Positions 1 through 9,929 of a stretch of DNA of 64,000 nt are shown here, piece by piece. The stretch covers positions 35,415-99,414 of the forward strand of contig JBDXGZ010000018.1 of assembly GCA_039989855.1 (NCBI GenBank), written 5' to 3'. A program made the translations under genes and the position numbers. The notes below the pieces were generated by a model. The model saw only the letters and a list, made by a program, of their open reading frames with translations. It had not been told where the DNA came from and ran no database searches. Numbering within the stretch: position 1 is the first letter of the stretch; each line of letters begins with the position of its first letter. Origin of the DNA: Maricaulaceae bacterium. Its GTDB lineage: Bacteria; Pseudomonadota; Alphaproteobacteria; Caulobacterales; Maricaulaceae.

Positions 1-3000
1 GTTATTGCAGATAACCTTGAGCAATATTTGAAGCGGTCCGCGCCCGTTTCTGTGGCAAAGTCAAACTTATTTTCAAATGTTCATAGACGTGTCCGCATGG
101 ATTACGTCTCGGTCAATCAGTATAATGAAGCAGGTGACCTTATTGGTGAAACCCGTTTTGTCGGTCTTTTCACATCTGAAGCTTATAATATATCTCCTGA
201 AAAAATTCCTTTGGTTAGGCAGAAAATTAAAACTGTAAAAGCCCGGTCCAAAACATCCCCCGATAGTCATAACGGCAAACGCCTTGCGTATGTTCTGGCG
301 ACTTATCCGCGCGATGAATTGTTTCAGATTACCACAAAGGATTTATCAAGAATCGCCATTGGTGTGTCGCAAGCCTTTGATCGCCCGCGAACACGGCTAT
401 TTCTACGGCACGATCCATTTAACCGTTTTGTCTCGGCACTTGTTTATGTTCCGCGTGAAACCTATTCCACTAAAGTTCGCGGGGCCATCGGGGATTATTT
501 AGCCAAAGCTTTTAATGGGCGCGTGTCGGCTTTTTATCCGCAATATAGTGACGCGCCTATGGCTCGTGTACATTATATTATCGGACTAGACCCAGACGCG
601 GGTCGTTTTCCAAAACTCGATAAGTTGGAAGGTGACGTCGCGCGCCTAGCGACCCCGTGGGCCGATCAGCTAAAAGTCGTCGCCCAGACCTTTGACTTGC
701 CTTTAGTGCAATCTGCGGCAAACATTGATCGAAGCTTTGACGCGGCTTATAAATCGCGCTTTTCTGTGCAAGAGACCTTGCAAACCCTGAGTATTTTAGG
801 TCAACTCACAGAGGAATTACCCATAGCCGTTCGCCTTGGAGACATGTCAGAAGACGGCACGACCCATATGATAATATATCATCGCGGCAAGAAAATAGCA
901 CCGTCAGTGATTGTGCCGTTCCTTGCGAATTTCGATATCCAAGTCTCTCAAGAAACGGCCTACAATATATTCACAGAGGACACAGATACAGATTATTGGG
1001 TGCATGATTTTGAGGTCTTACTTCCCGGTGGCTTGACCCTTAACCGCACGATACGCGCCGCCTTTGAAACAACTTTTGTGCAGACTTGGCTTGGTAAAAA
1101 TGAAGATGACAGCTTTAACTCCTTAATCATACCGCAAGCGGCGGACTGGCGTGACATTGCATTTCTCAGACTCATTGCGGCTTATCGCCGTCAGTCTGGT
1201 CTTGACCCGTTAAAGGCGACACAAGTTGAAGCGTTGAAGCTTTACCCTGATATGACGCGGCAATTAATCGCCTTAAAAACAGCAAAATTTGCCCTCGACT
1301 TTGGCACTCTAGAGGAGCGAGAGACCGCTATCTCTAAGGCGCAAAAGGCGATTGAGTCAGGTTTAGGCAAGGTTAAACGTCTAGACCATGACCGTGTTTT
1401 ACGCCGTATGGCCGCCGCGATTACGGCGGCTCTACGCACGAATATGTATCAACTCAGCTCTGACGGAAAACCCAAATCCTATATGTCCGTTAAGTTCAAT
1501 AGTCGTGACATAGAAGACCTGCCAGCCCCGAAACCTTACCGGGAAATATTTGTCAGCTCGCCTGTTCTCAACGGGGTCCATCTTCGCTTTGGCCCTGTCG
1601 CGCGCGGCGGATTACGGTGGTCTGACCGACCAGAGGATTTCCGCGCCGAAGTCCTAGGGCTTGTAAAAGCTCAGCAGGTGAAAAATTCTGTGATTGTACC
1701 CGTTGGCTCTAAAGGCGGGTTTTTTCCGAAACAACTCCCTGTCGGCGGCACGCGGGACGACTATATTGCAGCCGGAGTGAAAGCCTATAAATTATTCATA
1801 TCTGGCCTACTTGATATTACGGATAATTATGTGGGACGCGGCGTGCAAGCCCCACCAAATTGTATCTGTTGGGACGACCCCGACCCCTATCTTGTTGTCG
1901 CCGCTGATAAAGGAACCGCAACATTCTCAGACATCGCCAATGGTGTCGCCTCAGATTACGGTTATTGGCTAGACGATGCCTTTGCGTCAGGTGGGTCTGT
2001 TGGTTATGATCATAAAGTGATGGGCATTACCGCGCGAGGCGGCTGGGAAGCGGTCAAACGTCACTTCCGTGAGCGCGGCAAAAATATTCAAAAAGAACCC
2101 TTTTCGGTGATTGGGGTCGGAGATATGTCGGGCGATGTGTTTGGCAATGGCATGTTACTATCAAAGAAAATTCGCCTGAAAGCCGCCTTTGACCACCGAA
2201 ATATTTTCATTGACCCCGACCCAGATATTAAAAAAACGTACCGTGAGCGCGCCCGCCTGTTCAAGAAAGGGCGATCATCTTGGGCTGATTATAATCAGGA
2301 CTTAATCTCTAAGGGCGGCGGAATTTTTTCCCGCGCGGACAAATCGATCACTCTAAGTCCGCAGATACAATCTCTAACGGGGTTAGGCGCACAATCCGTG
2401 ACTCCAGATGAGCTTATTCACGCGCTTTTAAAATCGGAGTGTGAGCTTTTATGGTTTGGCGGAATTGGGACTTATATCAAAGCCAGTCATGAAAGCCACG
2501 CAGACGCCATGGATAAAACGAATGATGGCATTCGTGTCAATGCGGCCGAAGTTGGAGCCGCAGTCATTGGTGAAGGTGCAAATTTAGGACTAACGCAAGC
2601 AGGGCGAATTGAATTCGCTCATGAGGGCGGAGCCGTTAATACGGACGCAATTGACAATTCTGCGGGCGTCGACTCGTCAGATAATGAAGTGAACATAAAA
2701 ATTCTCCTGAGTGAGGCGATCACCCAAGGTGAGTTAAAACCTAAAGCCCGCAATAAGCTTTTAGCCGATATGACAGACGATGTTGGCCGCCTTGTTCTAA
2801 AACATAATTATGATCAGACAGGCGCCCTATCCGTCGCGCAACACCATGCACAATTTGATCATGGTGGCTATGAGCGCTTGATGCGCTTGCTCGAAACAGA
2901 CGGCCTACTCGACCGCGCGGTTGAAGGTCTTCCCAGCACCAGCGATATGGATGTTCGGCGGAATGTCGGGCAATATTTAACCCGGCCAGAAATTGCCGTT

Positions 3001-3999
3001 TTAATGGCTTACGTTAAGAATGTTACGTTTGATGACTTTATAAAGACAAATATTGCTAATGACCCGGCTCTTGAAACTCTGTTGGTCGATTACTTCCCAC
3101 CTACCTTGCTCGGCTTTAAGAAGGCCCAAAAAAGTCATCGCTTACGGCGTGAAATTATTATATCTAGGCTTGTCAATGATATGGTTGATATGGGCGGCCC
3201 TCTTTTTGGATTACGTGTATCTGAGCAAGTTCAAACAACAGCTGACGTCTTAGCTAAAACATTTATGATTGCGCGCAAGGCTTTGGGGCTTGATAATCTT
3301 TTAGCCGAAATTGCGGCCCTTGATAATAAGGTGCCGGCCGCTGCACAAATTGCCATGCAACGGGAAATTTCCAATGTCGTATTACGGGTGTCGGTTTGGT
3401 TAGCACGAAATGGTGTTCGAGGCCCACTTGAGAGCCATTTGACGCGCTTCATGCCGATACAAGATTTGATTAACAATGACTGGACGAACCACCTGTCTGC
3501 GTATGACCAAAAACGAGCCAAAGAACGTCAATCGGCGTTTGAAGCACAAGGCGTTCCGTATGAAGTTGCCATGAAGGTTTCACTACTAAGGTCTCGTGCA
3601 TCTGGTTTCGACCTCACCCGTCTTGGCGAAGAAAGCGGGATTGACATACATCTTACACCTAACCTTTTCTACCAAATGGGCGCCGTATTTTGGGTTGATC
3701 GTATTCGCAACGCCCTATTTGAAACCATAGGTGACGGTCATTGGGACCGTTTGGCTTTACGTAAGCTTGCTGATGACTTTTATGTCCTACAACGCAAATT
3801 TGCCGCTATTTACGTTAAGGACCAAATGACGTCTGGGGATGAAATCGTTAGTTTAGGTGAGTTACGGCAGTGGTCAAAACAGAGATTTGATGGTTTAGGG
3901 GCTTATTTTACAAGAGTTCGAAATATATCTGCAACAGATAATTGGTCGGTTGCGAAATTCTCTATTCTATACGCACAGTTGCAAGAGGTCCTGAAATAA
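1..3999 (+). CDS. gdhB: NAD-specific glutamate dehydrogenase, large bacterial type (5' end truncated by window edge)
   Basis: Frame is open from nt 1, with no in-frame stop before the TTG at 28. More than 1320 aa. GSKGGFFPK, VAADKGTATFSD and GVGDMSGDVFGNGML motifs as in the ~180 kDa Bac_GDH family. Confidence 0.85.
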   Translation, partial: VIADNLEQYLKRSAPVSVAKSNLFSNVHRRVRMDYVSVNQYNEAGDLIGETRFVGLFTSEAYNISPEKIPLVRQKIKTVKARSKTSPDSHNGKRLAYVLATYPRDELFQITTKDLSRIAIGVSQAFDRPRTRLFLRHDPFNRFVSALVYVPRETYSTKVRGAIGDYLAKAFNGRVSAFYPQYSDAPMARVHYIIGLDPDAGRFPKLDKLEGDVARLATPWADQLKVVAQTFDLPLVQSAANIDRSFDAAYKSRFSVQETLQTLSILGQLTEELPIAVRLGDMSEDGTTHMIIYHRGKKIAPSVIVPFLANFDIQVSQETAYNIFTEDTDTDYWVHDFEVLLPGGLTLNRTIRAAFETTFVQTWLGKNEDDSFNSLIIPQAADWRDIAFLRLIAAYRRQSGLDPLKATQVEALKLYPDMTRQLIALKTAKFALDFGTLEERETAISKAQKAIESGLGKVKRLDHDRVLRRMAAAITAALRTNMYQLSSDGKPKSYMSVKFNSRDIEDLPAPKPYREIFVSSPVLNGVHLRFGPVARGGLRWSDRPEDFRAEVLGLVKAQQVKNSVIVPVGSKGGFFPKQLPVGGTRDDYIAAGVKAYKLFISGLLDITDNYVGRGVQAPPNCICWDDPDPYLVVAADKGTATFSDIANGVASDYGYWLDDAFASGGSVGYDHKVMGITARGGWEAVKRHFRERGKNIQKEPFSVIGVGDMSGDVFGNGMLLSKKIRLKAAFDHRNIFIDPDPDIKKTYRERARLFKKGRSSWADYNQDLISKGGGIFSRADKSITLSPQIQSLTGLGAQSVTPDELIHALLKSECELLWFGGIGTYIKASHESHADAMDKTNDGIRVNAAEVGAAVIGEGANLGLTQAGRIEFAHEGGAVNTDAIDNSAGVDSSDNEVNIKILLSEAITQGELKPKARNKLLADMTDDVGRLVLKHNYDQTGALSVAQHHAQFDHGGYERLMRLLETDGLLDRAVEGLPSTSDMDVRRNVGQYLTRPEIAVLMAYVKNVTFDDFIKTNIANDPALETLLVDYFPPTLLGFKKAQKSHRLRREIIISRLVNDMVDMGGPLFGLRVSEQVQTTADVLAKTFMIARKALGLDNLLAEIAALDNKVPAAAQIAMQREISNVVLRVSVWLARNGVRGPLESHLTRFMPIQDLINNDWTNHLSAYDQKRAKERQSAFEAQGVPYEVAMKVSLLRSRASGFDLTRLGEESGIDIHLTPNLFYQMGAVFWVDRIRNALFETIGDGHWDRLALRKLADDFYVLQRKFAAIYVKDQMTSGDEIVSLGELRQWSKQRFDGLGAYFTRVRNISATDNWSVAKFSILYAQLQEVLK

Positions 4000-4167
4000 C
4001 GTCTAAATCAAGGCCTCAACGGTAGAAAATCGAGCGATTTGTATCAATTGAGTCATAAACTGACATATTTTGTGTCTCGTTTACCTTCTTATTCTAGGCT
4101 ATTCTCTATGATATTAGCTTTACAAATACGGGCAAATTTTCAATAAGATGCCTAAAAAGGGAGGGCG

Positions 4168-5961
4168 TTGCTACGCCTATTGACATTAACGGGATTGATA
4201 ATGACAACGAACCCATGCCCCACAGCACGCGGTATCACACTACAACATAGTCCTTTTACTACCCTTACTGAGGGTCTTGACTATGCGGCCAAAGCAGACA
4301 CTGGTTTTAATTTCTTTGACGCGCGCGGGAATCTCAAAACAGTTCTCAGCTATAAAGAAATGCGTGAGCGAGCGATTGACGTCGCGAAAGGCCTTGTCGG
4401 CTTTGCTGACCTTAACGCACGCATTGGTATCGTCGCGACGACCTCGCCAGAATTCGTGATTTTATTTTTCGCCTGCCAATATGCAGGCCTTGTCCCCGCG
4501 CCCCTTCCATTACCTGTAACGCTTGGCGGCCGCAGCAGCTATGAGCGGCAATTACAACGTATGGCGGATACGGCTGATCTTCGTGCTTTATTCACACCGG
4601 CCTCTATGGAGCCGATAATGAGCGCGGCGTTAAATGATCATATCACGCCGATTTTGACTTTTGAAGATGCGTTTGAACTTCCAAAGTCTGGAGAGCTTCG
4701 TGCGCATGGACCAAACGATCTGTGCTACATTCAGTATTCTTCCGGCAGCTCAAGCTCGCCAAAAGGGATTATTGGCAGTCAAAAGAGTGTCACCTCTAAT
4801 TGTTTAGGGATCACCCGCGACGGCCTGCAAGTCAATGAAACCGACCGCGGCACAAGTTGGCTGCCAATGTATCATGATATGGGTTTAATTGGATTTATGG
4901 TTGCACCGATGATGTGTCAGCTCTCAGTTGATTATATGGACCCGCAAGATTTCACACGTCGTCCGATAACGTGGTTGCAACTTATTTCTGATCACAAAGG
5001 CACTTTGTCTTATAGCCCGACCTTTGGGTATGAGCTATGTGTCCGCCGTTGGCGCGAAGACCGTGAGCTTGATCTATCGTCTTGGCGAGCGGCGGGTATT
5101 GGCGGCGATATGGTTCGCCCAGAACCGCTCACAGAATTTTCTGATCTTTTTAGCCCTATGGGCTTTGATACGGGCTGTTTCACCCCAAGCTATGGTTTGG
5201 CTGAAACGACTTTGGCCGCGACCTTTACGCCACTTGGTCAAGGTCTCAAGCAACATACGATTGATATGAAAGTCGCCAATGCGGACAGCATTGCGCAAGC
5301 GGCGAATGATTTGACTCCGCTGGAAGACCAGCGAACCTTCGTGGCCTGCGGGACGGTTCTACCCGACCACACCATCGAAATTCGTGATTTTGGCAATAAT
5401 GTCCTTGAAGGCGAGGGTAAAATTGGCCGTATTTGTCTCCAAGGCCCGAGCGTATCTCCCGGCTATTTCCGCAATAAATCAGCGACTGAAGCCGCCTTTA
5501 GTGAAGCTGGGTGGCTTGATACAGGTGATCTAGGTTATTGGCTTGAGGGTCAGCTTGTCGTAACAGGCCGCTCTAAAGATCTTATTTTATGGCATGGTCG
5601 TAATATTTGGCCACAAGACCTTGAATGGGCCGCGCAAGCTGCAGCCCCCCATCGGTGTGGACGGGCCTGTGCCTTTTCCTCTGGCGGTGTGGGTGACCAA
5701 AAAGAAATTCGGTTGCTGCTCGAATGTAGAACACGCGACCCTAAATTGCTGGATGAAATTCATACCGCCGTATCAGCAGCGATACGCCTTGAAGTCGGGG
5801 TTCCTGTAAAACTTCAGCTTGTTCCGCGTAGCTCTATGATTATTACATCGTCTGGTAAGCTCGCGCGAGCGCGCGTTAAAGAGAAATTCTTAGGCGGTGG
5901 GATTATTGACCTTCAGAACGAAACGCCTCTGACTGTTGTTGAGACAGCTGCGAAGGGCTAA
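4168..5961 (+). CDS. Fatty acyl-AMP ligase / acyl-ACP synthetase (adenylate-forming enzyme)
   Basis: AMP-binding signature YIQYSSGSSSSPKG, later SYGLAETT and TGDLG. AAGGGAGGG Shine-Dalgarno just upstream of TTG 4168 (alternative ATG at 4201). First gene of a synthetase-reductase-ACP-Spt block. Confidence 0.8.
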   Translation: MLRLLTLTGLIMTTNPCPTARGITLQHSPFTTLTEGLDYAAKADTGFNFFDARGNLKTVLSYKEMRERAIDVAKGLVGFADLNARIGIVATTSPEFVILFFACQYAGLVPAPLPLPVTLGGRSSYERQLQRMADTADLRALFTPASMEPIMSAALNDHITPILTFEDAFELPKSGELRAHGPNDLCYIQYSSGSSSSPKGIIGSQKSVTSNCLGITRDGLQVNETDRGTSWLPMYHDMGLIGFMVAPMMCQLSVDYMDPQDFTRRPITWLQLISDHKGTLSYSPTFGYELCVRRWREDRELDLSSWRAAGIGGDMVRPEPLTEFSDLFSPMGFDTGCFTPSYGLAETTLAATFTPLGQGLKQHTIDMKVANADSIAQAANDLTPLEDQRTFVACGTVLPDHTIEIRDFGNNVLEGEGKIGRICLQGPSVSPGYFRNKSATEAAFSEAGWLDTGDLGYWLEGQLVVTGRSKDLILWHGRNIWPQDLEWAAQAAAPHRCGRACAFSSGGVGDQKEIRLLLECRTRDPKLLDEIHTAVSAAIRLEVGVPVKLQLVPRSSMIITSSGKLARARVKEKFLGGGIIDLQNETPLTVVETAAKG

Positions 5962-5979
5962 CGCCCTCGTCTCTGCTTT

Positions 5980-6879
5980 ATGATGCGCCCTTTAACGATT
6001 GCGATGACGGGCGGCACTGGATTTTTAGGCCCTTATCTTATTCAAGAAGCCGCCTCTCGCGGCCATAAGCTTCGCGTGCTTGCGCGCAATCCCGCTAAGC
6101 TATCACCTAATTTGGGTGAAAATATGACTATCCATCAGGGCAGCCTATCTGACATTCCTCCTGATTTCATTTCAGGCGCAGATGTCGTCTTACACATGGC
6201 AGGACTTATTAAAGCCCCGACACGTGAAGCCTTTTTTGAGGTTAACGGCACAGGAACAGGGCAAGTTGCGGCACTTACTCAGGCCCACGCTGTGCCGCGT
6301 TTTGTCTATCTTTCCTCTCAAGCTGCGACTCAACCGCAGCTTTCTGATTATTGCGCGTCCAAACGCGCAGGTGAGATAGAGCTTGCTGATAACTATACAG
6401 GCGAAGCGGTCATCATTCGAGCCCCTGCCGTCTTTGGCCCAGGGGATGAGGCGACGGCTCCCTTCTTTGCTTTTATGAAGCGTGGCCTCTTGCCTGTTCC
6501 AGGTGGGCGTGGGTGGCGCACACGGAAACTGTCTCTTGTTTATGCTCCTGATTTGGCACGGTTTATCATCGACCAAATTGAAAAGGGCTCCATAATCGAT
6601 CAGCCACTGATACCGGCATCCGTCCCAAGCCTTACATGGCAAGACTTTGCAGATACGGCAGGAGACATCATGGGCCGCACAATTAAGGTCGTGCCTTTAC
6701 CTATAACGATCTTAAAAGTGATTGCAGGGATAAATTCGGCCCTGTTACGCCGACTAATTAACCCGCACTTGACGCTAGGCAAACTTTCCGAGTTCCTATA
6801 TGACGACTGGAGTGTGGCTGAGGCGATTGAGTCTCCCACCGCATTAAAAACAGCTTTAAGAGAGACACTTGAAGCTTAA
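5980..6879 (+). CDS. cerR: NAD(P)-dependent epimerase/dehydratase-fold SDR, candidate ceramide reductase
   Basis: N-terminal Rossmann motif MTGGTGFLGPYL; 299 aa. Sits between the acyl-ACP synthetase and ACP/Spt genes, as the ceramide reductase gene does in Caulobacter (recalled synteny, not searched). Confidence 0.6.
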   Translation: MMRPLTIAMTGGTGFLGPYLIQEAASRGHKLRVLARNPAKLSPNLGENMTIHQGSLSDIPPDFISGADVVLHMAGLIKAPTREAFFEVNGTGTGQVAALTQAHAVPRFVYLSSQAATQPQLSDYCASKRAGEIELADNYTGEAVIIRAPAVFGPGDEATAPFFAFMKRGLLPVPGGRGWRTRKLSLVYAPDLARFIIDQIEKGSIIDQPLIPASVPSLTWQDFADTAGDIMGRTIKVVPLPITILKVIAGINSALLRRLINPHLTLGKLSEFLYDDWSVAEAIESPTALKTALRETLEA

Positions 6880-6925
6880 ACCACGAAACCGCCCTCACGC
6901 GGCAAGAATATGAGATATCGACCTT

Positions 6926-7171
6926 ATGGCGAGTAATGACGAAATTTACCAAAAAGTCTGCGAGCTTTTAAAGCCTTATAACCCCGAGAAACGTCCGATC
7001 TTAATGCAAAGCGGTATCGTCAGTGATCTTGAGGTGGACTCTGTAGCCGTATTTGATTTGGTGATGGGCCTCGAGGATCATTATGATATTTCAATCCCTA
7101 TGGAGATGGTCACAGATATCAAAACCGTCGGTGAGCTTGTGAATGCCATTCAGCAGCTCACGTCAAAATAA
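6926..7171 (+). CDS. Acyl carrier protein (dedicated, sphingolipid-type)
   Basis: 81 aa acidic four-helix-sized protein. Phosphopantetheine attachment context LEVDSVAVFDL. 14 nt upstream of the alpha-oxoamine synthase gene. Confidence 0.8.
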   Translation: MASNDEIYQKVCELLKPYNPEKRPILMQSGIVSDLEVDSVAVFDLVMGLEDHYDISIPMEMVTDIKTVGELVNAIQQLTSK

Positions 7172-7185
7172 CGGAAGCTATAATT

Positions 7186-8409
7186 ATGTCTTTGTTCGAT
7201 AAATATGCACCGCTGCAAAAGCGGATCGATGTAATGACGAAAATTGGCCGTGACGCGCTCGGAGTAAAATTTGATGATATCATCGACGCCACGCGTGGCC
7301 GTGTCGGGAACCGCGAAATTTTACTTGCAGGGACAAATAATTACCTTGGTCTGACCTTTGACGAAGATTGCGTTGCAGCCGCAAAAACCGCGATTGATAA
7401 ATACGGCACTGGAACCACGGGTTCACGTATTGCCAATGGAACTTATACTGATCATATTGCCTTAGAAGACGCCCTAGCCGCGCATTTAAACATGCCGAGC
7501 TGTATTGTTTTCTCCACGGGTTATCAGACTAACCTCGCCGCCATTTCGGGCTTGGCCGGGGATAAGGATGTCATCTTTATGGATGCTGATGCTCATGCTT
7601 GTATTATTGACGGCACACGCCTGACGGGGGCATCAACTATTCGCTTCCGCCATAATAATCCCGAAGACTTGGATAAGCGCTTGCGCCGCCAAGGAGAAAT
7701 TGAAGGCGGGAACGCGCTCGTGGTCATCGAAGGCATGTATTCCATGTTTGGTGACATTGCGCCGATTGATGAATTTCTTGATGTCACTCATAAGCACGGC
7801 GGCTATCTCTATATTGATGAAGCCCATAGTTACGGCGTGTTCGGCCCAACGGGTTGCGGTATTGCCGAGGAACAAGGTGTTCTTGACCGCGTTGATTTTA
7901 TCTCAAGCACATTTTCAAAATCTCTCGCATCGATTGGCGGCTTTTGCGCATCGAAACACCCTGAATTTGAAGTCACCCGCAAAGTCATGCGCCCCTATAT
8001 GTTCACCGCCTCACCGACTCCGTCGAATGTGGCTGCAGCGCTCGCAGCCGTGGATAAAATTAAAGCCGGCGGGCATTTGCGCGATAATCTAAAAGTGCGC
8101 GCGCAGCAGCTTCATAAAGGCCTCAGTGATTTGGGTTATGATCTTTGTGCAGACCCCAGCCCTGTGATTGCGGTGCGACGTCCAAATGAGGCGATTTGTG
8201 CGATGGAATGGAACTGGCTGCTTGATAATGGTATTTACGTCAATCTCGCTGTGCCGCCCGGAACACCCGAGAGCTCAAGCTTGCTCCGCATTAGTCTTTC
8301 TGCGGCCCATAGCGAAGCCGAGGTTAACGAAATCATCGCAAAATTCCGCGACCTCAAAGGCATGGAAGCCCAATTAATGAAAGAGCTGATGAGCAAGATT
8401 ACAGGGTAA
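7186..8409 (+). CDS. spt: Serine palmitoyltransferase-like PLP alpha-oxoamine synthase
   Basis: 407 aa AOS fold: GTGTTGSR, HAxIIDG, DEAHSxG, and the PLP-lysine context STFSKSLASIGG. Linked to its own ACP and acyl ligase rather than to bio genes. Confidence 0.7.
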   Translation: MSLFDKYAPLQKRIDVMTKIGRDALGVKFDDIIDATRGRVGNREILLAGTNNYLGLTFDEDCVAAAKTAIDKYGTGTTGSRIANGTYTDHIALEDALAAHLNMPSCIVFSTGYQTNLAAISGLAGDKDVIFMDADAHACIIDGTRLTGASTIRFRHNNPEDLDKRLRRQGEIEGGNALVVIEGMYSMFGDIAPIDEFLDVTHKHGGYLYIDEAHSYGVFGPTGCGIAEEQGVLDRVDFISSTFSKSLASIGGFCASKHPEFEVTRKVMRPYMFTASPTPSNVAAALAAVDKIKAGGHLRDNLKVRAQQLHKGLSDLGYDLCADPSPVIAVRRPNEAICAMEWNWLLDNGIYVNLAVPPGTPESSSLLRISLSAAHSEAEVNEIIAKFRDLKGMEAQLMKELMSKITG

Positions 8410-8747
8410 GGGGTAAGGCTGTTTCATATAACACCTCCCTGCCCCGCTAAGGCGTAATGAAGCCAAACAGTAACACCATCACAATACCTCACATCACTCC
8501 AGACTTTAACGGCCTTAAAGAATAAAGGCGTGTGACATAGAGTTGACGCCATAGCTGGGGCTGAAGCCGCTCGGTATTATTGCGGCGCCACAAATCAACG
8601 TCTTCAAAGTTATTCTTATCATCAATGATAATTTTAGCTTATCAGACAGCCTCATTCCTTGCCCCTATGCACCTTCACTCTACACATTCTCGTGTTCAGA
8701 GGGCTTAACCATATTTTTTGCTTGATATTTATAGAAATTACTTTTAC

Positions 8748-8765
8748 CTATCTACCATTAGATAG
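8748..8765. promoter_or_regulatory. Perfect inverted repeat CTATCTA-N4-TAGATAG upstream of the bicupin gene (candidate operator)
   Basis: Read directly: 7-bp arms at 8748-8754 and 8759-8765, 29 nt before ATG 8794. Confidence 0.3.
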
Positions 8766-8793
8766 ACAAAAGCATGAACAATAAGAAAATTCA

Positions 8794-9453
8794 ATGAACT
8801 TAAATGATGACTTTTCCATTCCTGTCACTCTCAACAGCAATGTTTTGCCGTGGGAAGATTCGCCAATGGCAGGCGTGCAGCGTCGAAAGCTTGACCGTAT
8901 TGGGGATGAAGTCGCGCGAGCGACCTCCCTCGTTAAATATGCGCCCAAATCCTATTTCAGCCCTCATACCCACGGCGGGGGCGAAGAAATTTTCGTGCTT
9001 GAAGGCGTCTTCTCCGATGAGCATGGTGATTATCCCGCGGGCACTTATATCCGTAATCCTATTGGCACGACCCATAAACCGCACAGCGAAGACGGTTGCG
9101 TAATATTTGTAAAGCTGCATCAATTTCATCCCGATGACACAAAACAATTCACGGTTGATACCAACACAGCTGAATTCTTACCAGGGAGCGCTCCAAACTT
9201 AACTGTTCTGCCCCTTCATAGCTTTGAAGGCGAATCCTGCGCTCTTGTGCGCTGGGCCCCCGATACAAAATTCAACCCGCATAAACATTTTGGCGGTGAA
9301 GAAATACTCGTCCTTGAGGGAACTTTTTCCGATGAAAAGGGCGATTATCCCAAAGGTACATGGCTGCGAAGCCCGTACCTTTCCGCTCATCATCCATTCT
9401 CAAAGGACGGATGTTTGATTTACGTTAAAACGGGCCATCTCCCCTTAGGGTAA
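8794..9453 (+). CDS. Bicupin protein with two ChrR-type cupin repeats and no anti-sigma zinc-binding domain
   Basis: Internal duplication is visible in the translation: HTHGGGEEIFVLEGVFSDEHGDYPAGTYIRNP...DGCVIFVKL versus HKHFGGEEILVLEGTFSDEKGDYPKGTWLRSP...DGCLIYVKT. Confidence 0.7.
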   Translation: MNLNDDFSIPVTLNSNVLPWEDSPMAGVQRRKLDRIGDEVARATSLVKYAPKSYFSPHTHGGGEEIFVLEGVFSDEHGDYPAGTYIRNPIGTTHKPHSEDGCVIFVKLHQFHPDDTKQFTVDTNTAEFLPGSAPNLTVLPLHSFEGESCALVRWAPDTKFNPHKHFGGEEILVLEGTFSDEKGDYPKGTWLRSPYLSAHHPFSKDGCLIYVKTGHLPLG

Positions 9454-9497
9454 GGCCTAAACTTTCCCTCATCCATAACTCCCTGAAAGGACATATT

Positions 9498-9860
9498 ATG
9501 ATTGGATATACTACGATTGGTGTCAAAGACATCGAAGCTGCTAAAAAGTTCTACACAGAGCTATTTGACGCTGAAGTCCTCGTGGACGTTGGCCGCCTTG
9601 CTATGATCGGCACTGACATTGCCGCACCTAAAGTCGCTGTGTGTGAGCCGTTTAACGGTGAAGCTCCAAGCTGCGGCAACGGTTCTATGATCGCATTCCC
9701 AGGCGGCTCACGCGAAGGTGCTGATGCGCTTTATCACAAAGCTATTTCACTCGGTGCCACATGTGACGGTGAGCCAGGTTCACGCATCGAAGGCCAGTTT
9801 TACGGTGGATATGTAAAAGATGCAGACGGCAATAAGCTTTGCTTCTTTGACTTTAGCTAA
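9498..9860 (+). CDS. VOC (glyoxalase/bleomycin-resistance) family protein
   Basis: 120 aa. IGVKDIEAAKKFY start and YVKDADGNKLCFF end are typical of the paired beta-alpha-beta-beta-beta fold. Confidence 0.65.
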   Translation: MIGYTTIGVKDIEAAKKFYTELFDAEVLVDVGRLAMIGTDIAAPKVAVCEPFNGEAPSCGNGSMIAFPGGSREGADALYHKAISLGATCDGEPGSRIEGQFYGGYVKDADGNKLCFFDFS

Positions 9861-9870
9861 ACCAAAATCT

Positions 9871-9899
9871 GAAGCGCAGAGTATTAAGCCCTGCGCTTC
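9871..9899 (+). terminator. Stem-loop GAAGCGCAG-N11-CTGCGCTTC after the VOC gene
   Basis: 9-bp perfect arms read directly. The T-run (9908-9912) is displaced 8 nt from the stem, so it is not a canonical intrinsic terminator. Confidence 0.35.
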
Positions 9900-9929
9900 A
9901 TCCCTCATTTTTAAATAGGTTTGAAACAG

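Noticed and set aside
6190-6642. 150-aa minus-strand ORF inside the cerR-like gene (with companions at 6600-6839 and 6758-6952)
   Set aside because: It is entirely antisense to a well-supported Rossmann-fold gene. It has no RBS and its Arg/Cys-rich composition is typical of a shadow frame.
8794-9453. Annotating the bicupin as the anti-sigma factor ChrR
   Set aside because: The N-terminal zinc-binding anti-sigma domain is absent and no ECF sigma factor gene is adjacent. Only the cupin type is shared.
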